From positions 8,809 to 72,808 of the forward strand of contig JAYOBJ010000005.1 in the NCBI GenBank assembly GCA_038104845.1: a stretch of DNA of 64,000 nucleotides, written 5' to 3'. This stretch comes from Methanobacteriota archaeon (lineage in GTDB: Archaea; Thermoplasmatota; Poseidoniia; Poseidoniales; Poseidoniaceae). This document shows, piece after piece, positions 48,697 through 59,200 of this stretch (position 1 is its first letter; every line of letters begins with the position of its first letter). A program made the position numbers and the translations under genes. A model generated the notes under the pieces. The model was not told the origin of the DNA. It did no database searches and worked only from the letters and a program-made list of their open reading frames with translations.

Positions 48697-51216
48697 ATGG
48701 TCGCCCCCTCCATCGTCCACGAACCGAGCGGAGCGATGGTGGTGCCGCTGGCCTTGGCCATGTTGACAGCTTGGCTGTTTTGGGATCGCATCGTTCCCCG
48801 ACAACTGCGCGGCCTCCAGGTGGCGTTCAAGACCTCCAGCACCCATTACGAAGTTCATCGCGTGACCCATTCGGTCGACGATGTCAAACACCTGCTCCGA
48901 CGTCGCGGCACCCGCTTCGGTGTGGCGTCGTACCTCATGGCGTTGGCTGGCATCTTGGTGCTTCTGTTCGACTTTTTGATGTATGCCAACGGAGGATCTG
49001 AGGGGATGCATGCGTCCGTGGTGGCGCTCGGCATTGTGTTCGTCGTGCTGCCTGCACTCGTGTCGAGCGGCACCTCACTCGGGGCCCAGGTGATCCGTCC
49101 ATTGGGGACCAGCAAAGCCACCCTTCAGAACAACACGCAGGCGCGGAACGGCGCCTACGTGGCCATGATGCTGGCATGGTTGGGGTTGGCCCTCGCTCTG
49201 GAAGCGCTGCTCAAGACCCAAGGCGTCCAAACGCAACGACGCTACAGTTTGGTCGCTCTGTTCGCCTTCAGTCCGGCGGTCTTGGCCTACGGCCGAATCT
49301 TGGGTTCGTCGTGGAACGCCCTGAAGGAGTCCTCCTCCCACATGGCCAACGGCCGGGCTTCGCCGTTTCACAACCATGTGCCTTCGGCCCGGCAGCAATT
49401 CGTGGCGCAGCTTGTGCACCTCAACCTCATCGTGATGCCGTTTGTGGCGATCAACACCCTGCTGTCCGTGCTGTTGTTGCTGTACAACCCCGACCTCTTC
49501 ACCCACAGCGATCGCGTGCTGGCGCTGCCCGAATATCGCCTGCAAAGCACCTACATGGAGGAGGGCGGTTTGCTTGGCTTCTGGTTGATCGAACTCTTTG
49601 CCCACATACCTGAGGAAGGCATTCGGGTGCCCATGGTGACGGCCGTGCTGTTGTTTTTGCTGATGAACGTCGCCATCGTGGGTTTCCTGTTCGTGTACGA
49701 AGTGGCCCGCATTCTGTTTCTTGATGTACAGGATTTCGCCGGCCGAGGTGGCATTCGCTTGGCGGACAGCCGTCTGCTGCGTGCCGAACCTGTTCAACAA
49801 GCCACGGTCTTGAATTTCTGCTTCACCGGATTTGCCGGTCAATCCATGCTTCTGCTCGCCTTGGCGATGGTCACCTTCTGGGATTCCACCTACCTGCCCC
49901 AAGGGGCAGCCTGCGGCACCTGGGAGACCAGCTTGTGTGCTGTGCTCGAAAAGAACATGCTTGAAGAATTGACGTGGATGCTGGCTGCAGGCGGTCAAAT
50001 CGCATTCCTGGCGGTGTGGTCGGTGTCGCGCAGTCGTTCACGAACCTTGAGCGAATTCACGTTCGATGCGTCCATGGACGAGGACCGTACCCGACTGCGC
50101 AGCATGAGCGACATGATCTACCTCAAGCAGCGACCCATCAACGACCTCATCGGCGAGGGCGACTGGCAGAAGGCCCTCAGTCGGTTTGATGAAGTGAGTC
50201 AAGGAAACATCGACACCCTGGTCGGCTTGGACATGATCCGACGCGCCCATGCAGGGATGGTGCTGAACGCAGGGTTGGGTCGCTGGGATGAGGCGGAAGA
50301 ATTGGCCATCGATCTGTTGGCCATACAGGGCGGACGGGGCGCCGAAGCAACGCGCATGTTCCTGTGCGCCGCCAGCCTGGCCCAGCGCGACCTTCGAGAA
50401 GCTGAGCCAAGGTTGGATCTGTTGCCCGAGCACGACGTGGAGGGTGCGAGGTTGCGCTGGTTCGCCAGCCTCATGAACCCCAAACGTCGGCTGGAAGAGC
50501 ACGCATCCTCCATGCTCGCCATCGACCCCATCAGCCGAGAAAACAAGGCGCTCTTGGAGGCGTACGCCACCCAGCAACTTCGCCAACCCAACCTCGTCAT
50601 GAACAAACCCGTCAACCGGATGTTTTTCTTGGGCCACCTTGCTCGCCTTCGGCTGGACGGGCAATCCGAACATGCCCTCGACCTGCTGGAATCGGCCATG
50701 AAAACCGTGGACCACGATTGGGTCCAAGCCAAGGTGGTTCAATGCCTGCTGAACATGGATGCGGGAAGGGTGAACACAGCGGTGCGCCAAATCGACGATT
50801 TGGCCACCAAGCACCCGCGTCACCCCCATGTTCGAGCGGCGCTCAACTTGATGGCCACATTGGGCCACACCAAAATGCCACCGCGGGAGGACACCAACAT
50901 GCAGTGGGCAACCGAAGGCGACACGGACTGGCGACACGCGTGGTCGGTTCACAACGTGAGCGTTCCCCCCGCCTTGGACCAGCAACACCTGCGCGAACAC
51001 GCATGGCAAGCCAACGCATGGGTGGGATGGGGAAGCAAAGCCATCAGCGTATCGACCTACAAAAAAGCGCAAAAGCACCTGCCGAATCAACTTCCGCTCG
51101 GCCTCCACCTCCACCTTTCCGGCGTGGTTACCACCGTTCAAGGCCAACCCGTCGACCTTGGTTTCCCCGGGTTCATGGACCTCAAGAAAGCCAAGGACCG
51201 GGGCCTCATGGACTGA
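48697..51216 (+). CDS. Hypothetical polytopic membrane protein with C-terminal helical-repeat (TPR-like) domain
   Basis: 839 aa. There are about 10 hydrophobic helices in the first ~450 aa, then alpha-helical repeat-like sequence (GDWQKALSRFDEV..., GRWDEAEELAIDLL...). It starts 9 nt after the thrS stop. Confidence 0.6.
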   Translation: MVAPSIVHEPSGAMVVPLALAMLTAWLFWDRIVPRQLRGLQVAFKTSSTHYEVHRVTHSVDDVKHLLRRRGTRFGVASYLMALAGILVLLFDFLMYANGGSEGMHASVVALGIVFVVLPALVSSGTSLGAQVIRPLGTSKATLQNNTQARNGAYVAMMLAWLGLALALEALLKTQGVQTQRRYSLVALFAFSPAVLAYGRILGSSWNALKESSSHMANGRASPFHNHVPSARQQFVAQLVHLNLIVMPFVAINTLLSVLLLLYNPDLFTHSDRVLALPEYRLQSTYMEEGGLLGFWLIELFAHIPEEGIRVPMVTAVLLFLLMNVAIVGFLFVYEVARILFLDVQDFAGRGGIRLADSRLLRAEPVQQATVLNFCFTGFAGQSMLLLALAMVTFWDSTYLPQGAACGTWETSLCAVLEKNMLEELTWMLAAGGQIAFLAVWSVSRSRSRTLSEFTFDASMDEDRTRLRSMSDMIYLKQRPINDLIGEGDWQKALSRFDEVSQGNIDTLVGLDMIRRAHAGMVLNAGLGRWDEAEELAIDLLAIQGGRGAEATRMFLCAASLAQRDLREAEPRLDLLPEHDVEGARLRWFASLMNPKRRLEEHASSMLAIDPISRENKALLEAYATQQLRQPNLVMNKPVNRMFFLGHLARLRLDGQSEHALDLLESAMKTVDHDWVQAKVVQCLLNMDAGRVNTAVRQIDDLATKHPRHPHVRAALNLMATLGHTKMPPREDTNMQWATEGDTDWRHAWSVHNVSVPPALDQQHLREHAWQANAWVGWGSKAISVSTYKKAQKHLPNQLPLGLHLHLSGVVTTVQGQPVDLGFPGFMDLKKAKDRGLMD

Positions 51217-52974
51217 TCAAACGCGTCGACGCAAGCGCTCCATGCAGGCATCGGCCTCGGCGAGGTGGCCCAAGCACGCCTCGATGTCGCTGACGCCCAG
51301 TGCTTCCCCCGCCAACGCCACGGCTTGCTCGCATGCACGACGGTCGTCGTCCTCCACGCCGATGTTGGAGGCATCGCATTGGTTGCGCAGGATTCGCCAA
51401 CCGTCGTTGACGAAATCGTAGAGTTCCAAAGCCTCGTCTGTGTCTTGACCGGCCTTGTCAAGGGTGGTGGTCATGCGCTCCAAGAGGGTGGCAGCGTGCG
51501 ACCATTGTTGCGCTTGTGCGGCCGATTCAATCTCGGCCAAGCGCTGATGCCAATCCGCTTCATCGCTTCGTCCCTCGAAACGTTGGACGAGTTGCTTCTT
51601 CTGCTTCATGGCTCGACGAACATCGTCCATGGCCCGGCGCTCGCGCTCCAAGGTCCGAACCACACCATCGGCCAAACCGATGGCTTGAGCGGCATTCCCT
51701 TGGTCCAACGCTTCATCCGCCTGAACGAGCCGGTCCGTCAATTCGACCACATCAAGGCCGTCGGTGGCGTTCAGTTGGCGCCGGGCCTCCTTGACCGAGG
51801 CAGCAGCGCGATCCAGCGCCTCACCGTCCGCTTCGAGTTGTGGCGGAATCACGACGGCAAACTCGAAGGCCTCCTTGGGTTGCTCGGCGTTGAGTTTCGT
51901 ACGTGCATCGCTCAGCAGTTCGTGCAAATGCGCCACCCCCGCTCCACGCTGACCGTCCAGCGCGCGTGCCGCTGCTGCGATGGCTTGCTCGGCACGCGCC
52001 CACCATTCAATGACATCGTGGGCCCGACGTTTGGCCTGACGGAAGAGCTGTTCACCTTCACGAAGCGCACCCAATTCCACCTCCCGGACACCCATGGCGT
52101 AGGCTTTGCGAGGGCGCTTGACGATGGGAGCAAGGGCTTCGGCGGCCTCCACAGCCTCCAGGGACGCAAGGCGAACAGCATCCACATCGCCCGCCAGCGA
52201 AACGGCTCGGTTCATGTCCTCTTCGCATTCATCCAAGACCCGCATGCCGTACTGGACATCGAGGTGCCCCTCTTCCTTGGCCGTCGTCAGGAGGCTCGAT
52301 GCCTGTGCGACGGCATCACCGTTGGCCTTCATCGCCAACAAGCGAAGTTCGAGGTCGTTCAAGCGTCGTCGGAACACCTTGCGAAGTTCACGGTCCTCGT
52401 CCCCAGCAAACCAATGGTGCACGGTTTCGGCCACGGCCAACACGAGCACGGCAAGACCGAGCGCACCCGCAGCGGTGTCCATGCGTTCGCCGGTGAGCAC
52501 CAGCACACCACCGGAAAGGCACCCAACACCGGTCATCAAGGACCGAAACCTCAGCACCCCGAACGAACCCCGAAGGACAGTGGTGGACGTGCGGCGGCAG
52601 GCAAGGGCTGCGGACATCACCAAGGCGCTTCCAACCAAACCCACCGCATCCGTGCTGTTGAGGCCAGTGACGCTGAGCACGGCAAGGACCGGCCACGCCA
52701 CCGAAGCCGCCGCTCCAAGCCGCGAACGAGCGGAAGGAGCGTCGACCGCGAGATCTTGGAGGAAGATGCCCCACAGCAGCAGCAGCAAAGGGGCCCCGAA
52801 ACTCGTCAAATCAACCGAGCGGCCCGACATCAAATCGTCAATGGACGGCCAGGCCAGCCAAGCAGCCGATGCGAGCATCAACAAAGCGGTCAGCATTGTC
52901 ATGGACTCGACCGACCGTTCACGACGCGCACGTTCGGCTTCGATGGCCGAATCCGTGTCCGCCCACGTCACCAT
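51217..52974 (-). CDS. Hypothetical membrane protein with long cytoplasmic all-helical domain
   Basis: 585 aa. There are about 6 N-terminal hydrophobic helices, then ~390 aa of Ala/Glu/Arg/Leu-rich helical sequence. No family recognised. Confidence 0.55.
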   Translation of the reverse strand: MVTWADTDSAIEAERARRERSVESMTMLTALLMLASAAWLAWPSIDDLMSGRSVDLTSFGAPLLLLLWGIFLQDLAVDAPSARSRLGAAASVAWPVLAVLSVTGLNSTDAVGLVGSALVMSAALACRRTSTTVLRGSFGVLRFRSLMTGVGCLSGGVLVLTGERMDTAAGALGLAVLVLAVAETVHHWFAGDEDRELRKVFRRRLNDLELRLLAMKANGDAVAQASSLLTTAKEEGHLDVQYGMRVLDECEEDMNRAVSLAGDVDAVRLASLEAVEAAEALAPIVKRPRKAYAMGVREVELGALREGEQLFRQAKRRAHDVIEWWARAEQAIAAAARALDGQRGAGVAHLHELLSDARTKLNAEQPKEAFEFAVVIPPQLEADGEALDRAAASVKEARRQLNATDGLDVVELTDRLVQADEALDQGNAAQAIGLADGVVRTLERERRAMDDVRRAMKQKKQLVQRFEGRSDEADWHQRLAEIESAAQAQQWSHAATLLERMTTTLDKAGQDTDEALELYDFVNDGWRILRNQCDASNIGVEDDDRRACEQAVALAGEALGVSDIEACLGHLAEADACMERLRRRV

Positions 52975-53071
52975 GGTTCCGCTTCACCTCATCACCCCCA
53001 TAATCCATGCGCTGACCCGTGACCGTCTCAACGGCTGTCCCCCCAAGGTTCAAGGGTGGGTTTCAACGGTG

Positions 53072-54043
53072 ATGAACAAGCGAGGGGACCACATGACCGG
53101 GCTCATCACCATGGACGATTTAACCAATGAGGCGATTCTTGAGATCCTCGACGATGCGGAGCGCTTGTTGCCCGTCGCTCGGGGCGACACCTACCTGCCG
53201 TTGCTTCAAGGCAAAATCCTCGGCAACCTGTTCTTTGAGCCAAGCACGCGCACCCGGATGTCGTTTGAGACCGCCATGAAGCGCTTGGGCGGCGATGTGG
53301 TGAACCTTGGCGACGTCAAGACCTCATCGGTCGTGAAAGGCGAGACCCTGTACGACACCATCCAGATGGTCGACGGTTACACCGACATCATCGCCATGCG
53401 GCACCCTCGGCAAGGCGCAGCCCAATACGCACAGGATTCGGCGCGTGTCCCGGTGCTCAACGGCGGCGACGGTGCTGGGCATCACCCCACGCAAACCATG
53501 CTTGACCTGTTCACCATTCGCCAAGCCCACGGTGCGCTCGAGGGCCTCAAGGTGGTGCTGGCCGGTGATTTGAGGTATGGACGCACCGTCCACTCGTTGA
53601 GCCACGCGCTGACTCGCTTCGGGTGTGAACTCGTGCTCGCCAGCCCCAGCCTTTTGCGGATGCCGCGAGAAATCGTCGACGATTTGACGGCTCACGGCGC
53701 CACCGTCACGGAAACCGAAGACCTGTTGGGTTCCATCAACGAGGCGGACGTGGTCTACATGACCCGCATCCAAAAGGAGCGGTTCGCTGATGAGGACGAA
53801 TACACCAAGGTGGCCGGTGCGTACAAACTGCATGCGAACAACCTCGATGGCGCCAAGGCATCGATGATCATCATGCACCCACTCCCAAGGGTGGACGAAA
53901 TCCATCCTTCGGTCGATGGGACACGCCACGCTCGCTACTTTGAACAGGCCTTCAACGGGGTTGTCGCACGCATGGCCCTGCTGTGTCGGCTGCTGGGCGT
54001 TTCAGTTCCAGCCGATGTGCCGCAAGGGGGTGAAGCCCGATGA
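53072..54043 (+). CDS. pyrB: Aspartate carbamoyltransferase catalytic subunit
   Basis: FFEPSTRTRMSFE, HPTQ, HPLPRVDEI. The start is ATG 53072 or 53093. The longer track ORF upstream is antisense to the neighbouring gene. Confidence 0.9.
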   Translation: MNKRGDHMTGLITMDDLTNEAILEILDDAERLLPVARGDTYLPLLQGKILGNLFFEPSTRTRMSFETAMKRLGGDVVNLGDVKTSSVVKGETLYDTIQMVDGYTDIIAMRHPRQGAAQYAQDSARVPVLNGGDGAGHHPTQTMLDLFTIRQAHGALEGLKVVLAGDLRYGRTVHSLSHALTRFGCELVLASPSLLRMPREIVDDLTAHGATVTETEDLLGSINEADVVYMTRIQKERFADEDEYTKVAGAYKLHANNLDGAKASMIIMHPLPRVDEIHPSVDGTRHARYFEQAFNGVVARMALLCRLLGVSVPADVPQGGEAR

Positions 54044-54516
54044 GTCAAGAGCACAACATGCGAAGGGTCACGGCGATCCGCAACGGCACGGTGATCGACC
54101 ACATCCCCTCGGGCCAAGGCATGAAAGTGCTGGAAATGTTGGGCGTCCAATCCTCCACCACCGTGCCGGTGTCGATGGTGATGAACGTCCCATCGAAGAA
54201 AATGGGCACCAAGGACATCATCAAAGTCGAAGACCGGGAATTGAATCAGGACGAGTTGAACCGCCTCGCCTTGGTCGCTCCCGAAGCGCACGTGGCCATC
54301 ATTCGAGCCTACAGCGTCGCCGAGAAACTGACCATCAACTTGGGTGATGAGGTCGTCAATGTCGCCCGATGCACGTTCTCAAACTGCATCACCACCAACC
54401 CTCGGGAGCCGTTGCCCCATCGTTTGAAGGTCAGGGGAACCGAACCTTTGGACCTTCGATGCCACTACTGCGGCCGACCCCAAGATTTGGACGATTTGGT
54501 TCACAATCTGCTGTGA
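54040..54516 (+). CDS. pyrI: Aspartate carbamoyltransferase regulatory subunit
   Basis: VTAIRNGTVIDHIPSGQG and the Zn domain C..SNC...(N)..CHYCG. ATGA overlap with the pyrB stop. Confidence 0.9.
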   Translation: MSQEHNMRRVTAIRNGTVIDHIPSGQGMKVLEMLGVQSSTTVPVSMVMNVPSKKMGTKDIIKVEDRELNQDELNRLALVAPEAHVAIIRAYSVAEKLTINLGDEVVNVARCTFSNCITTNPREPLPHRLKVRGTEPLDLRCHYCGRPQDLDDLVHNLL

Positions 54517-54540
54517 CGGCCGAACTGAACAGAGGTTGAT

Positions 54541-55560
54541 TCAGACCGCTTTGTCATCAATACCAAGCAAATCGCGCATGTCGCATGCCTTGCACTGCGA
54601 ACCTGAGGTGATGCTGCCACACCGGGGGCACGAGACGGGTGGAGGCGTTTGGTGACCCACACCGCCCGAAGCCACCGCTCGGTCGCGCAGCGCCTTGACT
54701 TGGTCAGCCATTTTCACCAAACCGTGCCGAGTGCCGGGCACGTCCGCTTCCATGTTGGCCACCATTTCCCTGTGACGCCACCGCAGGGCGCCGCGGGCGT
54801 TGGGGCATTCTTCGTGGTGCAACGGTAACGTTCGATGAAGTGCATAGAGGTGGATTTCCTGCTCGGGAACCCAACGAAGCGGTACGATGCGGGGGGCCAA
54901 CCCCTCGACCGGTGTCGACGTGTGTGGGGCAAGGCGCAACGTGCGTTCCAGATCGCCGTTGGTCACGTTCATCAGAACGGTTTGCGCCATGTCATCGAGG
55001 TTGTGACCCAGCGCCACCACATCGGCACCGACCCGTTGGGCGAGGTGATTGATGCCTTGACGCCGGAAGACGCCGCAATAGGCGCACGCCATGCGCGGCG
55101 CATTCTTGTCCTTCGCCAGGACGGTTGGCAAACGCTCGACGACACGATCCATTTCGACGAAGGACAACTCGGGGTAAGTCACCACCTCGTGACGCACCCC
55201 CAACCGGTCGCAAAGCTCCTTGGCGCACTGGATGGACGGGGGGCGATAACCTTCGATGCCCTCGTCCACGGTACCGGCAACGATGGTCACGTCCCTGCGC
55301 TGACCCAACAATTCCACAAGGACGTCCAGCAGCACAGCGGAGTCCTTGCCTCCAGAAACGGCCACCAGCACGGTCGTATGAGCGCCTTTTTCCAACGGCA
55401 GCTGCTGTCGCAACTCCTTGCTGATCTTCTTACGAACCGACTTGGCAAGGTGCTTGCCGCACAGGATTCGGCCCGAATAGGCTTGTTCAACCACGGCAGG
55501 GCGGTCACAAGCATCGCAGGTTGGGACGGAGAAAGCGACGCCTTCGCTGTCGCCCACCAT
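54541..55560 (-). CDS. PP-loop tRNA 2-thiolation ATPase (NcsA/Ncs6/TtuA family)
   Basis: N-terminal zinc finger CDACDRP...CGKH, PP-loop VAVSGGKDSAVLL, central CAYCG and C-terminal CPRCG...CKAC. Confidence 0.8.
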   Translation of the reverse strand: MVGDSEGVAFSVPTCDACDRPAVVEQAYSGRILCGKHLAKSVRKKISKELRQQLPLEKGAHTTVLVAVSGGKDSAVLLDVLVELLGQRRDVTIVAGTVDEGIEGYRPPSIQCAKELCDRLGVRHEVVTYPELSFVEMDRVVERLPTVLAKDKNAPRMACAYCGVFRRQGINHLAQRVGADVVALGHNLDDMAQTVLMNVTNGDLERTLRLAPHTSTPVEGLAPRIVPLRWVPEQEIHLYALHRTLPLHHEECPNARGALRWRHREMVANMEADVPGTRHGLVKMADQVKALRDRAVASGGVGHQTPPPVSCPRCGSITSGSQCKACDMRDLLGIDDKAV

Positions 55561-55603
55561 GGTGATGCGAGCGAGGAGAAGGGTTTGAAACCACCCCCTT
55601 TCC

Positions 55604-55670
55604 CATGAATGTTCTTGATGAATTTTACAATTACAAAATCAAATTTTGTATTGAAAATTTTGATGTGATG
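55604..55670. promoter_or_regulatory. Sharply AT-rich island with palindromes in the divergent gap between the thiolase and Roadblock genes
   Basis: The sequence is catgaatgttcttgatgaattttacaattacaaaatcaaattttgtattgaaaattttgatgtgatg. It contains the 8-bp inverted repeat TACAAAAT-caa-ATTTTGTA (55632-55650) and the palindrome AAAATTTT (55654-55661). The flanking DNA is GC-rich. Confidence 0.45.
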
Positions 55671-55851
55671 CGTGAAGGAATGAATCGCTTGGAAATCTGG
55701 CTTGGCGGTGGCTTGACAGTGAGCGATTTCAAGGGCAGGCCCGCGTGAATTTCAGTTGGAATTTCCACACGACCCTGCAAATCGCCTGATTTGGCCAACC
55801 AAGCGGTAAACTTCTTGAAGCCTACAGCAGTGTGGTGACTCTTGAGCCACC

Positions 55852-56211
55852 ATGCTGAACCGTGTGTTGACCGCCCTCATGGATCGTGAATCGCTTCGGC
55901 AAGTGGCGATGATCGACGACATGGGTCGGTTGCTGGCCGGCGTGACCGAACCCGGCCAGGCACCCGAGGCGCTTGATCAGATACCGCTGCTCGTCACCGC
56001 ACTCGAAGCGCAGCAACACCTTGGCTTGGGCGAGCTCCATGAAATCTGGACCGAAGGTGAGGAGCGAACCTTGCTCGACCTGATCACGCCCTACAGGGTG
56101 CTGATTCTCCAAGGCCAACAGGGTCGTTTGGGTCGATGGCGACACACCGTCGATCACCTTCGCTCAGCGCTCGCACACGCCCGAATCTCAGAGGTGAATC
56201 AGCATGTTTGA
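55852..56211 (+). CDS. Roadblock/LC7 (MglB-like) domain protein
   Basis: A 119-aa protein whose pattern parallels MglB/Roadblock. LRQVAMIDDMGRLLAG resembles ALLIDRKGFVLA. The central helix is LLVTALEAQQHLGLGELHEI, followed by EGEERTLLDLITPYRVLILQG and a terminal helix. The stop overlaps the next gene start by 8 nt. Confidence 0.6.
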   Translation: MLNRVLTALMDRESLRQVAMIDDMGRLLAGVTEPGQAPEALDQIPLLVTALEAQQHLGLGELHEIWTEGEERTLLDLITPYRVLILQGQQGRLGRWRHTVDHLRSALAHARISEVNQHV

Positions 56212-59200
56212 ACTCCCGCAAGGTCAACCGTTTGAAGACGACGTTACGCTTGAAGATGGCACCTTGTTGCCGTTCGCTCACGGGGCCATCACCACCACGG
56301 TGGGTCGACGGAAAACCCCCAGCGGCCACCGTTTGGTGCGAGGTGGCAAGCCCGTGGCCTGGATGGCGAAGGATGCCAACGGTGACCTGTTGGGGGGCCT
56401 CGAAGCGCGGCTCGAACTGGAACGTCTTGAGCGCGAATCCAACACCAAGTGGGCGGCCACCGTCTACACCATCCGAGGATTGGGTGAAGTGGCGGATGCC
56501 GTTCCGGAAGCGTTTGAGCACCAAGCAGACCGCCAAGGGCTGGGAGCACGCGTCAACCACGTTGAACGCTTGCTCGCAAGAGACCTCTCATCGGTGGTCG
56601 AGCAGTTGGCCGCTCACGTCACGGTCCGCGGTGCACTGGCCATGGACGGAGGCTTGCTCATCGATCATGCCGGCGACCTGCCCGGTCTCGGAGAGGCTGA
56701 AGCCGTGTGCGCCCACCTCCACGATTTGCTCAGCGGCATGAACGCCGAATCCCTGACCAACGAATTGGGGCTGCACGGCCAGGGCCACATCACGTTGCAC
56801 AGCGACAAAGGCTCCCTGCTGTTGGCCCAAAGCGGTACGATAGCGCTGGCAGCATGGACCGAGAAGGACGCCAACCACGCTCGACTCCTCTCCGGGGCAT
56901 CCTTGGCGTTGGAAGGTGAGTTGGGTGCGGCCGGGCATGGGGGGGCCGCGTTGCCCGAGGGGTTCACGCTGCGCGAGGGCAAGGGCGGTCCGGATGCTGT
57001 GATCTCCATGCTCAAAGCTGCCATGGACGAATCCGTCACCGGCCACGTCCAAGCAGGCGCATCGAGCAAGGCCGTTTCCATGGTGCTCGATCGGGGCGTA
57101 CCCGTCGCGTGCTGGGCGACGTCCACCGAAAGCATGGACGAGGCCATGCGGATGTTCACCGACCCAAAACGGAAGCTCAAGTTGATTCGTTTCCCCTCCG
57201 GAACCATCGTTTCGCCTCAATCCGGCACCGTGGAGGGGTTCACATTGGCGGGTTTCTGCAAGGACCTGGCCACCGTCCGCACCCGTTCAGAGGCGAGGCA
57301 AACCACCCTCACGGCGATGTTGAACGAGGCGTTTGGATTCGAAATGGGCCTTCAAGAACTCAAATCAGCCCGAGCCAAAATGGCCTTCGTTTCGTCGGGC
57401 GCTGATGTGGCAGAACCCCTTCCCGTGATGAAGGACCAGGCCGTTGCGGCCATGGACGCTGGGTTGCGTCGACGGCTCGAACAGTCACAGCAACGCGAAG
57501 ATGCCCTCACCCGGGAGAAGGCCAAACTTGAACGGAAGGTGGCTCAACTTGACCAGCAACGACACGCAGCCGACATCGTGGCAAGGGAAGCCACGGAAAC
57601 CCGGCAAGAACACACCCTCGCCCTCGAAGAAGCCAACGCATCCCTCAACCGCATGCAGGTTGACTTGGCACAGGCTCGAGCCGTGGCTGAAGAAGCCGAT
57701 GCCCGCGCCGAGCGGCTGATGCGACGGGTCAACGAACTCGAGCACCAAGTCAGCGAACGAGCAGCAGAACTGGCCAAGGCCCTCGGCGAATCCTCGTCGA
57801 GTGCAGCCCTTCACAACACCATCACCGACCTGTCCTTGAAGGAAGCCGAGTTGAAAGCCAACCTCGACGAGGGGAGCCAGCGCCTGGCCAATGTCCGGCA
57901 GCAAAGCGACGACGAAGAGCGTCGTTTGCGTGTGCTGACCGAGCAGGTGAGCACGGCCCGGGAGCGACATGCCCGGGTGCAGGCCGACCTTCTGTCGTTG
58001 CAGGAACAAGTCCATCTTCAACAGGTGGAACTTGAGGCATCGAAGTCGGAGGTCAAGATGGCGCAAACCCGCTTGGACGAGGACCGTGAACGCCGATCGG
58101 AAGAGGAGGCTCGTCGCGCCCACGTGCAGGCTGAACTTCGTGAATTGATGGACGAACGTCGTGTGCTGCTTCGGGAATTGGGCGACTTGGGCGCCCGTCG
58201 AGGGCATGCTGAGGCTGAGTTGTCGTCCTTGGTGAACAAAGCCACCGTTCTCGCCGAAGCGCATGAGGAAGCCTTGGCGGACATCAAAGAGGCCGAGCGC
58301 CTTCGTGCTCGATTGGCAGAAGAACCCTTGGCCCAAGCCTTGCTCAACGACAACGCCACCTTCGAGGGGCTGGGTCCTGTGCTCAACCGCCTGGAACACG
58401 CCCGAACCTTGGGCTATTCGGTGACGATGCTCGACCGCGCCGTTGAACGTTCGCTGCAGGTCATCCAGTCCACGGTGGACCATGTTGCCTCGACACCTCG
58501 CCACCTTCTTTCCAGTGAGGTCATGACCCTGTTGGAACGTCAAGTCCCCCAAACTGCGGGTGCGGTAAGGGGCTTGGCACGGTGGTCCGTCCAGCAACGG
58601 CTTGAACACCAACTCGGTGAAACGGTCAATCACGTGGTTCTGGACCTCGAGCATTTGCTGGAGGATTTCGATCGCTCGATCACGATGCTTCGGCGGATCC
58701 GGCACGTGTTGGAACAAGTGCAACGACTTGGCGCTCCCGAGCATGAGGTTCGCGCCCTGCTGGCGAACTGCCAGCGGCCCGAAGCACTGCCATCGTTGGC
58801 GCAAGGCACCCGCCGCCTGATTCAAGTGGCCCTCGACGACATTTACCTCGAAGCCGACCAGCGCAACGCTGGCGAAGCCATGGCGCTGGAGGAAACCGCC
58901 AAGGTTCTCGAAGAATTGATCTCGCAAATCGACGCCTCAGGTTTGGCCGACGGCATCCCGCAAGGCCACCTTTGGGACTTCCAGCGGGATGGATTGTTGC
59001 CCTTTGAACGGGAATCCATTCCCGAGACCCAACGGTTACCGGTCACAGCAAGCATGCTGGAGGATTTGGAGCCGCACCTGTTGGCTGAAGATCACCTTGA
59101 GGTGGCCGCAACGGTGACATCGTCCGACGTTGACGATGAGGGTTGGTCTTCACTTCCGCCACCGCCGTTGGACGAAAGCCCGGCCACATCACCTTCACCA

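Noticed and set aside
55616-55670. UGAUGA and UGAUGU/GUGAUG strings that could be C and C' boxes of a C/D box sRNA.
   Set aside because: There are no CUGA D or D' boxes at the required 12-nt guide spacing on either strand, and the C box lacks the preceding purine.
55604-55670. The AT-rich island as a replication-origin unwinding element.
   Set aside because: There are no flanking ORB or mini-ORB repeats and no orc1/cdc6 gene nearby. Its size and position fit a divergent promoter region.
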